A stretch of DNA of 59,493 nucleotides, taken from the NCBI GenBank assembly GCA_030696105.1, contig JAUYNJ010000006.1, positions 1-59,493 of the forward strand, in the 5' to 3' direction. The notes under the pieces were generated by a model. The model was not told where the DNA came from. It saw only the letters and a program-made list of their open reading frames with translations, and ran no database searches. Positions 40,352-50,508 of this stretch are shown one piece after another. The DNA comes from a bacterium. GTDB taxonomy: Bacteria > Patescibacteriota > Patescibacteriia > Patescibacteriales > UBA12465. The stretch's first letter is position 1, and each line of letters begins with the position of its first letter. Position numbers and translations under genes: made by a program.

Positions 40352-41702
40352 AAATTACACCTTCCTTTCTATTTACTTTTTTTTCTAAACGGTCCTTTAT
40401 TTTTTTGAAGGCGACGGTTTCCTGCACCCCTGACTCCATATCGCGGAGCATGATCGTTTCGTCCATTACTTCCTTCTTGCCAAGAATCAAACTTACCTTA
40501 CTTCTTAAGCGAGCAGCTTCTTCCATCTGATTTTTTAGACTATCGGTTGAAAATGACTGGCGGACATTATATCCAGCTCGGCGAAGCTCCTCAAAGAGGA
40601 TAAGTGACTTGATTTTAGCTTGATCACCTAACTGAGCTAAGAACACAACTTCTTGCTTAAAGTCAGGTAATTCAAATTTTTCTTTAACCTTAGCGACAAC
40701 TCTCTCTAATCCGAAGGCGATACCCACAGACGGAGTTGGGCGGCCACCAAGGCTCTCCACTAAGTTATCATATCGTCCGCCTCCTGCCAAGGCCTGCTTA
40801 TTATTTGCCGCGCCATCCTCATTTACCGGCCAAATTTCAAATACGGTATCGTTATAGTAACTCAGACCGCGGACGAGATAGGGATTGAAGTTATACGGGA
40901 TATTTAACTCATCAAGATATTCTAAAACTTTGGCAAAATGTTCCCGACTCTCTTCGGATAAGAAATCCGCAATTTGCGGAGCCTCACTTAAGACCTGCTG
41001 ACATCCCTCTTCCTTACAATCAAGCAAAGCCATCATGTTCTTACCTAAATCTTTCTTACAATTGTTACAAAGTTTCGAGCGGCGACCACGCTCCTTATAA
41101 AAACTGTTAAGCTTGGTGCTGTAATCTTTACGACAATCTGCCTTACCAATACTATTAATTTGTATTTGAAAATTTGCCTGCAAGTCGAGTAAGAAGTTAT
41201 AAGCAGCAGCGATTAGCAAAGCTTCAGCCATCGGTTTATCCTCACCAATCACTTCTAGATTAAACTGAGTTGACTCGCGATAACGACCGCTCTGCAATTT
41301 TTCGCGACGGAAAACTGGCCCAATTGAATATAGGCGAACTGGTTGTGGTAATTCAACAAAATTATTTTCAATATAAGCGCGTAGAATGCCCTGAGTTAAT
41401 TCGGGACGTAAAATACTATTTTCTCCTTTTTCACAATCAACCGAATATAATTCCTTATCATTATTATGTCTCATCGACTTCCTATACAAATCAGAATTTT
41501 CGATGACCGGAGTCTTAATCGCGTTGAAGCTATAAAGCTCCGCCAGCGAAGCCGCTTTGTTACGAATAGCGCTGAAATATCTATACTCAGAGGGAACAAT
41601 GTCTTTCATTCCTAAAAGACGATCTACCGCCTTAGCGCTTTTCTTCTCCATCGGCTTCTTCTGTTGATGAGCGTTTCGAACGTTCATTTTTTTCCTGGGC
41701 AT
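40344..41702 (-). CDS. hisS: Histidine--tRNA ligase
   Basis: Class II motif 2 region FRREKLQSGRYRESTQFNLEVIG, GGGRYDNL, and a C-terminal anticodon-binding domain. I prefer the ATG at 41702 (MPRKKM...), which avoids overlap with lepB. Confidence 0.85.
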   Translation of the reverse strand: MPRKKMNVRNAHQQKKPMEKKSAKAVDRLLGMKDIVPSEYRYFSAIRNKAASLAELYSFNAIKTPVIENSDLYRKSMRHNNDKELYSVDCEKGENSILRPELTQGILRAYIENNFVELPQPVRLYSIGPVFRREKLQSGRYRESTQFNLEVIGEDKPMAEALLIAAAYNFLLDLQANFQIQINSIGKADCRKDYSTKLNSFYKERGRRSKLCNNCKKDLGKNMMALLDCKEEGCQQVLSEAPQIADFLSEESREHFAKVLEYLDELNIPYNFNPYLVRGLSYYNDTVFEIWPVNEDGAANNKQALAGGGRYDNLVESLGGRPTPSVGIAFGLERVVAKVKEKFELPDFKQEVVFLAQLGDQAKIKSLILFEELRRAGYNVRQSFSTDSLKNQMEEAARLRSKVSLILGKKEVMDETIMLRDMESGVQETVAFKKIKDRLEKKVNRKEGVIYG

Positions 41703-41721
41703 AATATTATAAGTAGGATTA

Positions 41722-42339
41722 TTAATTACTTTCAGTCGCCGTGTAATCAACCTGCTCGTTAAAAACTGCAGCCCGACTGAGCGGCCAACCTCTTAAGAAA
41801 ACACGACCTGTGATAAAACTGCGATGTATCGGTCCGAAACTGCGAGAATCTTTGGAGGCGGTCCGATTATCACCGAGCACGTAATATTCATTATCTTCAA
41901 GTGTTATTTTATCATCACTATTACTGTAAGTCGGCGAGAGTGAATCAAGATATGTTTCTTCTAAAATTAATCCTCCTGGATGTTCATCATTATAAATTAT
42001 AAGCTCTGAGTCTTTAATTTGTACGGATTCGCCCGGTAAAGCCACGATGCGTTTAATGAAATACTCCTGAGGATTAAGCGGATACCTGAAAACTACCACT
42101 TCTCCGCGAACGACTGGGCGGAAACGGTAACTAATTTCATCAATAATCAAGTATTCATGATCGTGAAAACTTGGTTCCATTGAAGCGCCTTTTACGTAAA
42201 AAGGTTGAATCAGGAAGTATCTAACTGGAATGATAATGGCTAAAGAGATTGCGACTACTTTAACACCCTCCCAAGCGATTATTAAAAATTTTTTAAACAT
42301 AAAGTTAGCGTAGTCATCCGCAGAAAACCAGACTCTCAT
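41722..42339 (-). CDS. lepB: Signal peptidase I
   Basis: GASMEPS (catalytic Ser), KRIVALPGE (Lys), GDNRTASKDSR. An alternative ATG lies at 42300. Confidence 0.85.
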   Translation of the reverse strand: MRVWFSADDYANFMFKKFLIIAWEGVKVVAISLAIIIPVRYFLIQPFYVKGASMEPSFHDHEYLIIDEISYRFRPVVRGEVVVFRYPLNPQEYFIKRIVALPGESVQIKDSELIIYNDEHPGGLILEETYLDSLSPTYSNSDDKITLEDNEYYVLGDNRTASKDSRSFGPIHRSFITGRVFLRGWPLSRAAVFNEQVDYTATESN

Positions 42340-42372
42340 TAAAAATTGATGATAAGTTAGCGATATTTAAAC

Positions 42373-42401
42373 AGTATATCATAAAATTAGGCAAAAAGCA
42401 A
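42373..42401 (-). promoter_or_regulatory. Candidate promoter of lepB-hisS-rpsU
   Basis: Minus strand reads TTGCTT (42401..42396), N17, TATACT (42378..42373). Confidence 0.45.
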
Positions 42402-42420
42402 GCCTTCTTTTATTATGAAA

Positions 42421-43470
42421 TTAGGTAAAAAACGCTGCATCGCCGTAGCTGTAAAAACGGTACTTTTCAGCGATTGCATGTCGATAAGTCGCCATCGTAT
42501 TTTCATAACCAGCAAAGGCGGAAACTAACATTATTAAACTTGATTTAGGTAAATGAAAATTAGTAATTAAGCCGTCGACAAGTTTAAACTTGTAACCAGG
42601 GTAAATAAAAATACTGGTCCAGGCCTCATAGGCATCGCCCAGCTCTAGTTCTTTTTTAGCTACAGCCTGTCCATATGACTCCAGTACACGGCAGGCCGTT
42701 GTGCCAACAGCAATAATACGCCCACCCCTCTGTTTCGCTTTCAAGAGCTGCTGTGCTGAGGCCTTGGATAAGGACGCAAATTCAGAATGCATCTGATGCT
42801 TGCGAATATCCTCGGTCTTTACACCCGCAAAGGTGCCAAGGCCAACATGTAAAGTTACGTGTATAACCTTCACTCCCTTTTCTTTTATTTTTTTAAGCAG
42901 GCGCTCAGTAAAATGAAGACCGGCTGTCGGTGCTGCCACCGAACCAGTGTGCGCGTCATTGGCGTATACCGTTTGATAGTTTGTTTTGTCAGCTTGCTTT
43001 GACTCTCCGGGGTTGATATAGGGCGGTAAGGGCATACGACCAATGCGCTCAATAATTTTATAAAACTCTTCCCCACTTACATTAAAATCGACTAACCAAG
43101 TACCATCTCCTTGGTCACAGATAAGCGTCGCCTGTAGCTTATTACTAAGCTTCACTTTTAAGTTCTCGCGTACACGTCCCCCCACTAAACACTCCCAGCG
43201 GCCAGCCCGCTCATGACGATGCAAAAAAATTTCAACCCGCCCACCGCTTTCTTTCGTTCCAATCAGGCGCGCCGGGAATACCTTAGAGTCATTTACGACC
43301 AGCACATCACCGAGCTGAAGTTCGGTGACTAAATTATCAAAGCGAGAGTCACGCATTTTACCGCTGCGTCGACTCACACACAAAAGCCGAGCGTGGTCGC
43401 GCGGCTTTACTGGTTCTTGCGCGATTAATTCTCGCGGCAAAATATAATTAAAGTCTTTTAATGAAAGCAT
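42421..43470 (-). CDS. queA: S-adenosylmethionine:tRNA ribosyltransferase-isomerase
   Basis: The N-terminus MLSLKDFNYILPRELIAQEP matches the canonical QueA start. Also LPPYI, GTTACRVLES and YRFYSYGDA. I prefer the ATG at 43470. Confidence 0.85.
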   Translation of the reverse strand: MLSLKDFNYILPRELIAQEPVKPRDHARLLCVSRRSGKMRDSRFDNLVTELQLGDVLVVNDSKVFPARLIGTKESGGRVEIFLHRHERAGRWECLVGGRVRENLKVKLSNKLQATLICDQGDGTWLVDFNVSGEEFYKIIERIGRMPLPPYINPGESKQADKTNYQTVYANDAHTGSVAAPTAGLHFTERLLKKIKEKGVKVIHVTLHVGLGTFAGVKTEDIRKHQMHSEFASLSKASAQQLLKAKQRGGRIIAVGTTACRVLESYGQAVAKKELELGDAYEAWTSIFIYPGYKFKLVDGLITNFHLPKSSLIMLVSAFAGYENTMATYRHAIAEKYRFYSYGDAAFFT

Positions 43471-43477
43471 AGCTAGT

Positions 43478-44512
43478 TTAGAGTAGGCCGTTCTCATTTA
43501 TTTTCTTGCCTAAGTGCTGATAGGCTGAAGCAGTCGCCACGCGCCCCCTCGGCGAACGATCAAGAAAGCCAAGTTGCAATAAATATGGTTCGTAAATATA
43601 TTCCAAAGTATCAATCTCTTCACCAGTCGCAGCCGCTAAGGTGTTGAGTCCGACCGGGCCACCACGAAACTTGTCGATAAGCACTTCTAAAATCTTCCGA
43701 TCAACAGCATCGAGGCCGAGATGATCAACCGCTAACAAGGAGAATGCTTGCTGACAAGCGTCCAAACTAATGACTCCTTCATTTCTCACCTGACAGTAAT
43801 CGCGCACTCGCTTGAGTAATCGATTAGCAATACGTGGGGTACGACGAGAACGCCCGGCAATGGCGGTTGCCGTTTCAGAGGATAAATCAATATTCAAAAT
43901 CTTAGCAGAACGCGCAATAATTTTTTCCATTTCGGCGGCCTGATAGAATTCAAGATGGTGAGATAAGCCAAAGCGGTCGCGTAGCGGTGCAGATAGTAAA
44001 CTCGCGAGCGTCGTCGCGCCAATAATCGTAAACTTCGGTAAATCAAGACGCAGGGTTCGCGCACTTGGTCCTTTACCCATAATAATATCTAAAGCATAAT
44101 CTTCCATCGCCGGATACAATATTTCCTCAACCGCCTTAGGCAGACGATGAATTTCGTCAATAAACAATACATCGCCCTCTTCAAGATTACTCAAAATTGC
44201 AGCCAAATCACCACCTTTTTCAATTGCCGGGCCAGAGGTCACGCGGATATTAGCGCCGAGTTCGTTAGCGATAACGTGTGCTAAAGTCGTTTTACCTAAA
44301 CCAGGAGCACCGTATAATAAAACATGTTCGATTGGCTCCTTGCGTTGCTTCGCTGCCATAATCGCAATCTCTAGGTTCGCCTTCACGCTCTCCTGCCCAA
44401 TATATTCACGCAAAAAACGCGGCCGCAGGGTCGTCTCTAAGGTCGCCTCTTCAATTGTTTCCTCCGGGTCTAGCAAGCGCTGATTTTCAGACATATTTTT
44501 ATTATTATTCAT
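43478..44512 (-). CDS. ruvB: Holliday junction branch migration helicase RuvB
   Basis: [12 protein letters not shown], Walker [10 protein letters not shown], Walker B FIDEIHRL, sensor and Arg-finger regions. The start is uncertain (ATG at 44512 or 44494). The track's longer extension overlaps the upstream gene. Confidence 0.88.
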   Translation of the reverse strand: MNNNKNMSENQRLLDPEETIEEATLETTLRPRFLREYIGQESVKANLEIAIMAAKQRKEPIEHVLLYGAPGLGKTTLAHVIANELGANIRVTSGPAIEKGGDLAAILSNLEEGDVLFIDEIHRLPKAVEEILYPAMEDYALDIIMGKGPSARTLRLDLPKFTIIGATTLASLLSAPLRDRFGLSHHLEFYQAAEMEKIIARSAKILNIDLSSETATAIAGRSRRTPRIANRLLKRVRDYCQVRNEGVISLDACQQAFSLLAVDHLGLDAVDRKILEVLIDKFRGGPVGLNTLAAATGEEIDTLEYIYEPYLLQLGFLDRSPRGRVATASAYQHLGKKINENGLL

Positions 44513-45179
44513 CCCAAGTAACGCGCCCATCGCCAGTGATATCAATCTGCTCACCGAGAAAGCGCGGTCTAACTTTAATATTAACATCTAACCAAGCCTT
44601 AATCGATGCTAAATATTCACGTCTTTGCATGTAACTGCTATTTAAATAATAGCGCTTATCAGCTCGACAACCCCAGGCCGTGACATTCAGTCGATTAGCG
44701 ATATACAAAGCCCTCGGCAAATGAAAATCTTGAGTCACGATTAAAAAATTGTCTACCCCAAAAATGTCCCGGGCTCGATAAATGCTGTCGTAAGTCCTAA
44801 AGCCAGCGTGATCAAGAAAAATATCTTCGGCCGGGATATTCTTTGCCAACATGTAATCCTTGCCCGCATTGACTTCATCATAGTAAGCCTTGCCGTGATC
44901 TCCGCTAACAATAATTTTTTCCACCAAGCCCTTTTGATATAGTTCGGCAGCCGTCTCTAAACGGTCAGCGTAAACCGGGCTAACTGTATCTTTAACACCA
45001 GCTCCCAACACTAAAGCAGCTGGACGCGAGCCACGAATATCAGCTAGACAATCGTCAACAATATAACGACTATAATTTTCAACCCTCTGCTGTACTAACC
45101 ATAACGACCAAAAACCAAAAAATAAAATATATAAGAGCCATCGCCATTTGAAATATTTTCCGATCATAGTGTGTTGCAT
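44505..45179 (-). CDS. sanA: SanA/YdcF-like DUF218 membrane-anchored protein
   Basis: N-terminal TM, then ALVLGAGV...IIVSGDHG...[20 protein letters not shown]...[15 protein letters not shown], the SanA pattern. Confidence 0.65.
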   Translation of the reverse strand: MQHTMIGKYFKWRWLLYILFFGFWSLWLVQQRVENYSRYIVDDCLADIRGSRPAALVLGAGVKDTVSPVYADRLETAAELYQKGLVEKIIVSGDHGKAYYDEVNAGKDYMLAKNIPAEDIFLDHAGFRTYDSIYRARDIFGVDNFLIVTQDFHLPRALYIANRLNVTAWGCRADKRYYLNSSYMQRREYLASIKAWLDVNIKVRPRFLGEQIDITGDGRVTWDE

Positions 45180-45185
45180 ACTTAT

Positions 45186-48125
45186 TTATCGTTGTTTGAA
45201 TTCACAAATATTTTTGAAGTCGCAAAACTGACACATCTGACTAGGCTTCGGTAGAAATCGTCTCTCCTTAATTGCAGCAATCTGCGAGGTCACCTCCTCC
45301 TTTAACTTATCCTTCTCTTTTTCTTTCGGCACAAAGGCGAGTGATTTTCCCCCTTCAACATAATAGTATTTTAAGGATAAAACACGTATTTGTAAAACTT
45401 CCTCTAAGAACAGTTGATACAGAATGAGTTGCCGACGGTCTTGCCAGGCAAGTTTTTCCTTAGGCTTACCGGTTTTATAATCAACGACTTCAACGCCGCC
45501 TTCAATACGATCAACCCGGTCAATCGCACCCTTTAAAATTTCACCGCCAATCTTGAATGAAAAATTCTTTTCCAGGAAATAGGGTTGTGGCGTTTTGCCA
45601 CCCTCAAACAGTGAGGCATGAAAGTCTTTTAATGCTTGCTTCGCTTTCTTACGGTAATTTTCGCGCTGCTCGACACTTTCGTAACCGTCTTCGACCCAAT
45701 GCTGAGTCAGTAACTGTTCTAAGCGCTCAAAGCTGGATATATTTTCATTATTCTCCGTGGGAAACAGGCCGCCCTGGAAATCCGCTGTAAAAGCTTTCAA
45801 ATAATCATGAAAAATAGCGTGCATTAAGCGACCAAATATTAAACTTGGTTTGTCTGAGAGGGCTGGAATTTTCAAAATGAAAGCATATTTATATTGCAAC
45901 GGGCAAGTATCATAGGCAGCGAGCTGGGAAAAGGAAAACCGCTTCGGCAACTGATCAATGCTTACCTGCTCCTCTAGAAATGTTGCTCCCTCAGAAGCTA
46001 AGTCACGTAATAATTCATTTTTTTCAACTAAGGCCCCGGAGGTAATCGGCAAAATGCCGGCCTCTTCCGCAAAACGTGACACTTTTTTCTCACGGGCACC
46101 GCCGTAATCCTTTGCACAAGTCAAATATAATTCCTGTTTCGCACGTGTCAGAGCAACGTAGAACAAACGTCTCTCCTCTTCAATGTGAGCGTCTTTTGAG
46201 TCAACTAAAATTTCCTTCACTAAGCCGGCCGGCAGCGGAATTTTTTCACTGCGGTTAATTGTTGGGAATTTCTTATCTGCCAAATTAACGATAAAGACAT
46301 AGGGGAATTCTAAGCCCTTAGCGGCATGCACCGTCATTACCTTAACTGTTTCAGCATCAATATAATCGAGTCGCAGAGAACCGCTTTCACCAGCCTCTAG
46401 CTCCAGATTCATCGCCTCCATAAAGTCTGTTAACTTGACTTCTGGCATGCCTTCTTCAAAGCGTTTAATTTTTTGATAAAACTGATTTAAGTATGAAAAA
46501 GTTTCTTGATCAGTATCAATATTTAAGCCCTTTAACAATCCTGACTCCTCGACAAACTTAAAGAACAGACGACTGGGTAAAGTCGTTTGCACTAAGGCCG
46601 AATGCTTATTAATAAGGTCGAGTAAACGCCTAATCGCCGGTAAGGCTTCAGCACTTAAATCCGGCACAAGCTCAGCCTTGTTTAAAGTTTCATATAAGGA
46701 CCAGGTCTTAAGACGTGCAAAACGGTTCAGGCTAATAAAATCAGCGTGAGTTACCTTAAAAGGCTCGAGTCCCAACACTCGGAACAAGGCGGTTGATTCA
46801 TGATAGTTATCAAGTAAACGTAAGTAGGCGAGGCAATCAAGAATAATCGGCTTGAAATATAGCCCACGCAAAGAAACAAACTGATTTGGAATGCCACGAC
46901 GAGTAAGTTCTTTTACAAATAAACCGGCAGCATCGTTTGAGCGAGCGAGAATAGCAAATTTTGTCCAATCTTCATTGCCTGTGGTGCAATCACGCTCATA
47001 AATTTCCATTATCTTATCAGCGACAAAGGCGAGCTCATCTTCCTGCTTATCTAATAAATGAAATACGGGTGGCTGCCCCATTTTCGCCGCCTCACCTTTT
47101 GCAAGCAGACTTTTTTCAATTTTCAATTTATCTTCAAGTCGGTTAGGATTGTTGTGTTTAATGAACTCGTGAGAAATATCGAGAATGTCTTGTCTTGAGC
47201 GATAGTTTTCAGTTAAAACGATTTCTGGCGCCTGCGGGAAATCATCTTTAAATTGCATGATGTTTGCGAGCGAGGCTCCGCGGAAACGATAAATAGCCTG
47301 GTCATCATCGCCGACGACCATAATATTATTTTCAGGTGCTCCCAGTAACTTCACTAACTCATACTGCGCCCAGTTTGTATCTTGAAACTCATCAACCATG
47401 ATATATTTAAAACGATCATGGTAATATTTTAAAATATTTGGGCGCTGACGGAAAAGTTTTAAGGTGTAAATGATTAAATCACCAAAATCAAGCCAACTAT
47501 TATCAAGTAGTAGACGATTATAAACATCATAAGCGCCAGCTAATTCAAGTAAACGACCACCCTCAAGGATACTTTCCGCCTCATCTTCATACTCTTCCTC
47601 ACTTTCCGTATCGACAGCCTCAGCGGCATAAGCAAGGTATTCGGTAGCAGAAATATTTTCATCTTTCAAGCGAGAAAAATGTTTTAATAACTCGGAAATA
47701 AATTTTGTGGGATTGCCAAGCGGGCGGTAATAATCAAGATTGAATAAATGTAGGTTTTTCTTTACCATCATCCATTGCTCAGTTGCACTTAAAACCCGAA
47801 AGTCAGCGGGCAAGCCGATATCAAGCGCGTGTTCGCGTAAAATGCGTTCGCAAAAGCCGTGAAAAGTATTAATCCATAAGTCAAGATAACCATATGGCAG
47901 CAGCCTGTCGGCTCTTTCTTCCATCTCCTGAGCTGATTTCTCGGTAAAGGTTAGGAGTAAAATGCGATCACTGTCCAGCTTTTCGGTATCTAAAATCGAA
48001 GCCAGGCGGTTAATAAGCACGGTCGTCTTGCCAGTACCAGCGCCAGCCACAACTAAAAGCGGGCCACTGCGATGGAGCACGGCCGCTTGCTGACCAGCAT
48101 TAAGTTTTGCCTTATTTGCAGACAT
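45186..48125 (-). CDS. UvrD/PcrA-type SF1 helicase fused to a Cas4/AddB-type PD-(D/E)XK nuclease with Fe-S cysteines
   Basis: Helicase motifs GAGTGKTT, MVDEFQDTN, VGDDDQAIYRFRGA, ENYRS, TVHAAKGLEF and VALTRAK. Nuclease motifs D-x-CPLQY, IDRVD...VVDYKTGK, QLILYQ and a terminal CQFCDFKNIC. Confidence 0.85.
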   Translation of the reverse strand: MSANKAKLNAGQQAAVLHRSGPLLVVAGAGTGKTTVLINRLASILDTEKLDSDRILLLTFTEKSAQEMEERADRLLPYGYLDLWINTFHGFCERILREHALDIGLPADFRVLSATEQWMMVKKNLHLFNLDYYRPLGNPTKFISELLKHFSRLKDENISATEYLAYAAEAVDTESEEEYEDEAESILEGGRLLELAGAYDVYNRLLLDNSWLDFGDLIIYTLKLFRQRPNILKYYHDRFKYIMVDEFQDTNWAQYELVKLLGAPENNIMVVGDDDQAIYRFRGASLANIMQFKDDFPQAPEIVLTENYRSRQDILDISHEFIKHNNPNRLEDKLKIEKSLLAKGEAAKMGQPPVFHLLDKQEDELAFVADKIMEIYERDCTTGNEDWTKFAILARSNDAAGLFVKELTRRGIPNQFVSLRGLYFKPIILDCLAYLRLLDNYHESTALFRVLGLEPFKVTHADFISLNRFARLKTWSLYETLNKAELVPDLSAEALPAIRRLLDLINKHSALVQTTLPSRLFFKFVEESGLLKGLNIDTDQETFSYLNQFYQKIKRFEEGMPEVKLTDFMEAMNLELEAGESGSLRLDYIDAETVKVMTVHAAKGLEFPYVFIVNLADKKFPTINRSEKIPLPAGLVKEILVDSKDAHIEEERRLFYVALTRAKQELYLTCAKDYGGAREKKVSRFAEEAGILPITSGALVEKNELLRDLASEGATFLEEQVSIDQLPKRFSFSQLAAYDTCPLQYKYAFILKIPALSDKPSLIFGRLMHAIFHDYLKAFTADFQGGLFPTENNENISSFERLEQLLTQHWVEDGYESVEQRENYRKKAKQALKDFHASLFEGGKTPQPYFLEKNFSFKIGGEILKGAIDRVDRIEGGVEVVDYKTGKPKEKLAWQDRRQLILYQLFLEEVLQIRVLSLKYYYVEGGKSLAFVPKEKEKDKLKEEVTSQIAAIKERRFLPKPSQMCQFCDFKNICEFKQR

Positions 48126-48134
48126 AACTAATCT

Positions 48135-49409
48135 TTAAAGCTTCAATAATTTAAGTAAGCCCGCATCACTACTTTTTTTCACCGGCCCAATCAACGCCAG
48201 ATTTAAATTATTCTGCTTCATGATGCTTTTAGCGACTCGTAAAATATCGGCGCTCGTGACTTTTCGTAATTTCTTTTCTATCTCTTCCGGGTCAGTAAGC
48301 TTATTCCGCGTGACCGCTTGTAATCCATACCAATTTGCAATTTCGTCACTAGCTTCGAGTTGCATCAGTAATCGACCAGACACAAGATCTTTAGCGCGCG
48401 ACAACTCTGCGGCCGGCACTACTTCGTTAGAAATGCGTTTATACTCTTCTAAAATTATTTTTATTGCGGCCTCGGCCTTGTCTTTTGGTACACCAGCCTG
48501 TGCACTTAAATAGCCAGAGTCGGTGTAGTGCTCAGAATGAGTGCGTACATAGTAAGCTAAGCCCGAGCGCTCGCGCAGAGAAATAAATAAGCGCGAACTC
48601 ATCGAGCCACCTAAAATTACGCTTAACAACTTCATCACTAATTCATCCTTGTGACCAAGAGGATAGGTGCGAACTGCCAAGGCCATATTTATCTGATCAG
48701 TATTTTTGAAAACCGTCTTTACGGCCGGATGCAATTGTTTTTCTTTAACTTTTTGTTTGTCTTGCCAGCTGTTTTTAGGAAAAGACCCAAATATACGTGA
48801 AGCCGCCACCCGATCAGCTACACTTATCGCCCCGCACAGGACAACAGTCATGCTATTGGCGCCATACTGCCGTTTGAAATAGCGCAAGAAATCGGCACGC
48901 TTAAACGATTTTATCGTTTCCTTCGTCCCAATGGTGTCGCGACCAGCGGGGGTATCCCCATATAAGCAAGATTCGAGAACGTCTTCGACGTGCATCAGAG
49001 GGTTATCCTCATACATATTCAGCTCTTCAATAATAACCCCTTTTTCACGTTCGATTTCCACTGCTTCAAATTTGGAGCCAGTCAGCATGTCGCCCAAAAT
49101 GTCTAAGGCCTTTCCTAATTTGCCGGCAGCGACCTTAACATAGTAACCGGTGTACTCTTTGGAGGTAAAGGCGTTATATTCTCCACCTAAAACATCAAGT
49201 TCGGCTGAGATAATCAAAGTGCTAGGACGGCGCTCAGTGCCTTTGAAAAAGATGTGCTCTAAAAAGTGCGAAAGACCGCTTTCTTTGGCTGTCTCATACT
49301 TTGAACCGGTCTTAACCATAACCAGAGCCGTCACAGTTTTAGCGCCTACTACGGGAGCTATAATTAAGGGCATTTTATTGGACAATACTATCTTTTTATG
49401 TTTAGTCAT
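48135..49409 (-). CDS. M16-family (pitrilysin-like) zinc peptidase
   Basis: HFLEHIFFKGT (HxxEH) with a downstream Glu region (EIEREKGVIIEE). 424 aa, two-domain size. Confidence 0.8.
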   Translation of the reverse strand: MTKHKKIVLSNKMPLIIAPVVGAKTVTALVMVKTGSKYETAKESGLSHFLEHIFFKGTERRPSTLIISAELDVLGGEYNAFTSKEYTGYYVKVAAGKLGKALDILGDMLTGSKFEAVEIEREKGVIIEELNMYEDNPLMHVEDVLESCLYGDTPAGRDTIGTKETIKSFKRADFLRYFKRQYGANSMTVVLCGAISVADRVAASRIFGSFPKNSWQDKQKVKEKQLHPAVKTVFKNTDQINMALAVRTYPLGHKDELVMKLLSVILGGSMSSRLFISLRERSGLAYYVRTHSEHYTDSGYLSAQAGVPKDKAEAAIKIILEEYKRISNEVVPAAELSRAKDLVSGRLLMQLEASDEIANWYGLQAVTRNKLTDPEEIEKKLRKVTSADILRVAKSIMKQNNLNLALIGPVKKSSDAGLLKLLKL

Positions 49410-49450
49410 ATGTATATTTTATATTCTAAATTTAACACATCTCTGTTATA

Positions 49451-50209
49451 ATGGAAAGCGAAGATAATCAACCAAATATTAACTATTATATTATGCCTTA
49501 TCAACTAAATACGGCTGTTCGCACTCTGACTCACGGCAATAGTTATAAGATTAAACGAGTACGCGACATGGCTGAAGGTGAAAAGCCGCGCGAAAAAATG
49601 ATTGCAGAGGGAGCTGGCGCGCTTAGTATGGCCGAATTATTGGCGGTAGTGCTCGGCGTCGGCACTAAACGCGAGGAAGTCTTTTCGATGGCATCTCGAT
49701 TGTTGCGCGAGTATGGCGAAAAAGCAATTGCAACTCAGAAAGACCCAGCCGTAATGTCTAAGGAATTAAATCTTCCCGAGAATAAGGCTTGTCAGATTGT
49801 CGCTTGTTTTGAATTAGGTCGTCGCCTATTTCAGAAAAAACCCGGGGGTTTAATCACTATCCGCAACGCAGCTCAAGCCTATACTTATTTAAAAGACATG
49901 GCCTCCCTTAAAAAGGAGCAGTTTAGAGGCTTGTACTTGAACAACCACTATCAACTCATTCACGACGAAGTAATTTCCATCGGCACAGTTGACGCTTCCC
50001 TCGTACAGGCACGAGAAGTCTTCCGCCCCGCCTTAGAATATGGTGCAAGTGCTATTATTATCGCTCATAACCATCCCTCTGGAGTGCTGAAAGCAAGCCG
50101 TGAGGACGCCGAAATAACCGACACTCTGCTCGCCGCTGGTAAAATTCTCGACGTTGAAATTCTGGACCACTTAATTATCGGCCCAACTAAATATATCAGC
50201 ATCATCTAA
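49451..50209 (+). CDS. radC: RadC-like JAB-domain protein
   Basis: EKPREKM, LSMAELLAVVLG (HhH region) and the JAMM motif HNHPSG. The true start may be the ATG at 49493, because TGTTATAAT at 49444-49452 overlaps the first ATG. Confidence 0.8.
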   Translation: MESEDNQPNINYYIMPYQLNTAVRTLTHGNSYKIKRVRDMAEGEKPREKMIAEGAGALSMAELLAVVLGVGTKREEVFSMASRLLREYGEKAIATQKDPAVMSKELNLPENKACQIVACFELGRRLFQKKPGGLITIRNAAQAYTYLKDMASLKKEQFRGLYLNNHYQLIHDEVISIGTVDASLVQAREVFRPALEYGASAIIIAHNHPSGVLKASREDAEITDTLLAAGKILDVEILDHLIIGPTKYISII

Positions 50210-50508
50210 TGCCTAAAACACCGCCATACCAAATTAAGCCCAAAAAGCGCTATATCCGCGACGCCGAAAGTGTTAAGTTTCACGTCGATAATAATGATTA
50301 CTTCGGAACCGCGGCGACTTTACTCGGACTTATTCGAGAAACGCTGTCATCGGAAATAAAAAAAGCGCCAGATAAGGACTGGGCGCCGGTTGAAATTGCC
50401 TTTATAAATCTAGAACAGGACTTATTAATCCTGCAGGGGCATTACCATATCAAAGCAAACAAGAAGAAGGTCCAGGCCGAACCAAGGGGCAAGCTTAAGA
50501 CCCAGTGA
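50209..50508 (+). CDS. Hypothetical 99-aa protein
   Basis: ATG overlaps the radC stop (TAATG). No recognisable motif. The 3' end overlaps the convergent Wzy_C gene by 67 nt. Confidence 0.4.
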   Translation: MPKTPPYQIKPKKRYIRDAESVKFHVDNNDYFGTAATLLGLIRETLSSEIKKAPDKDWAPVEIAFINLEQDLLILQGHYHIKANKKKVQAEPRGKLKTQ

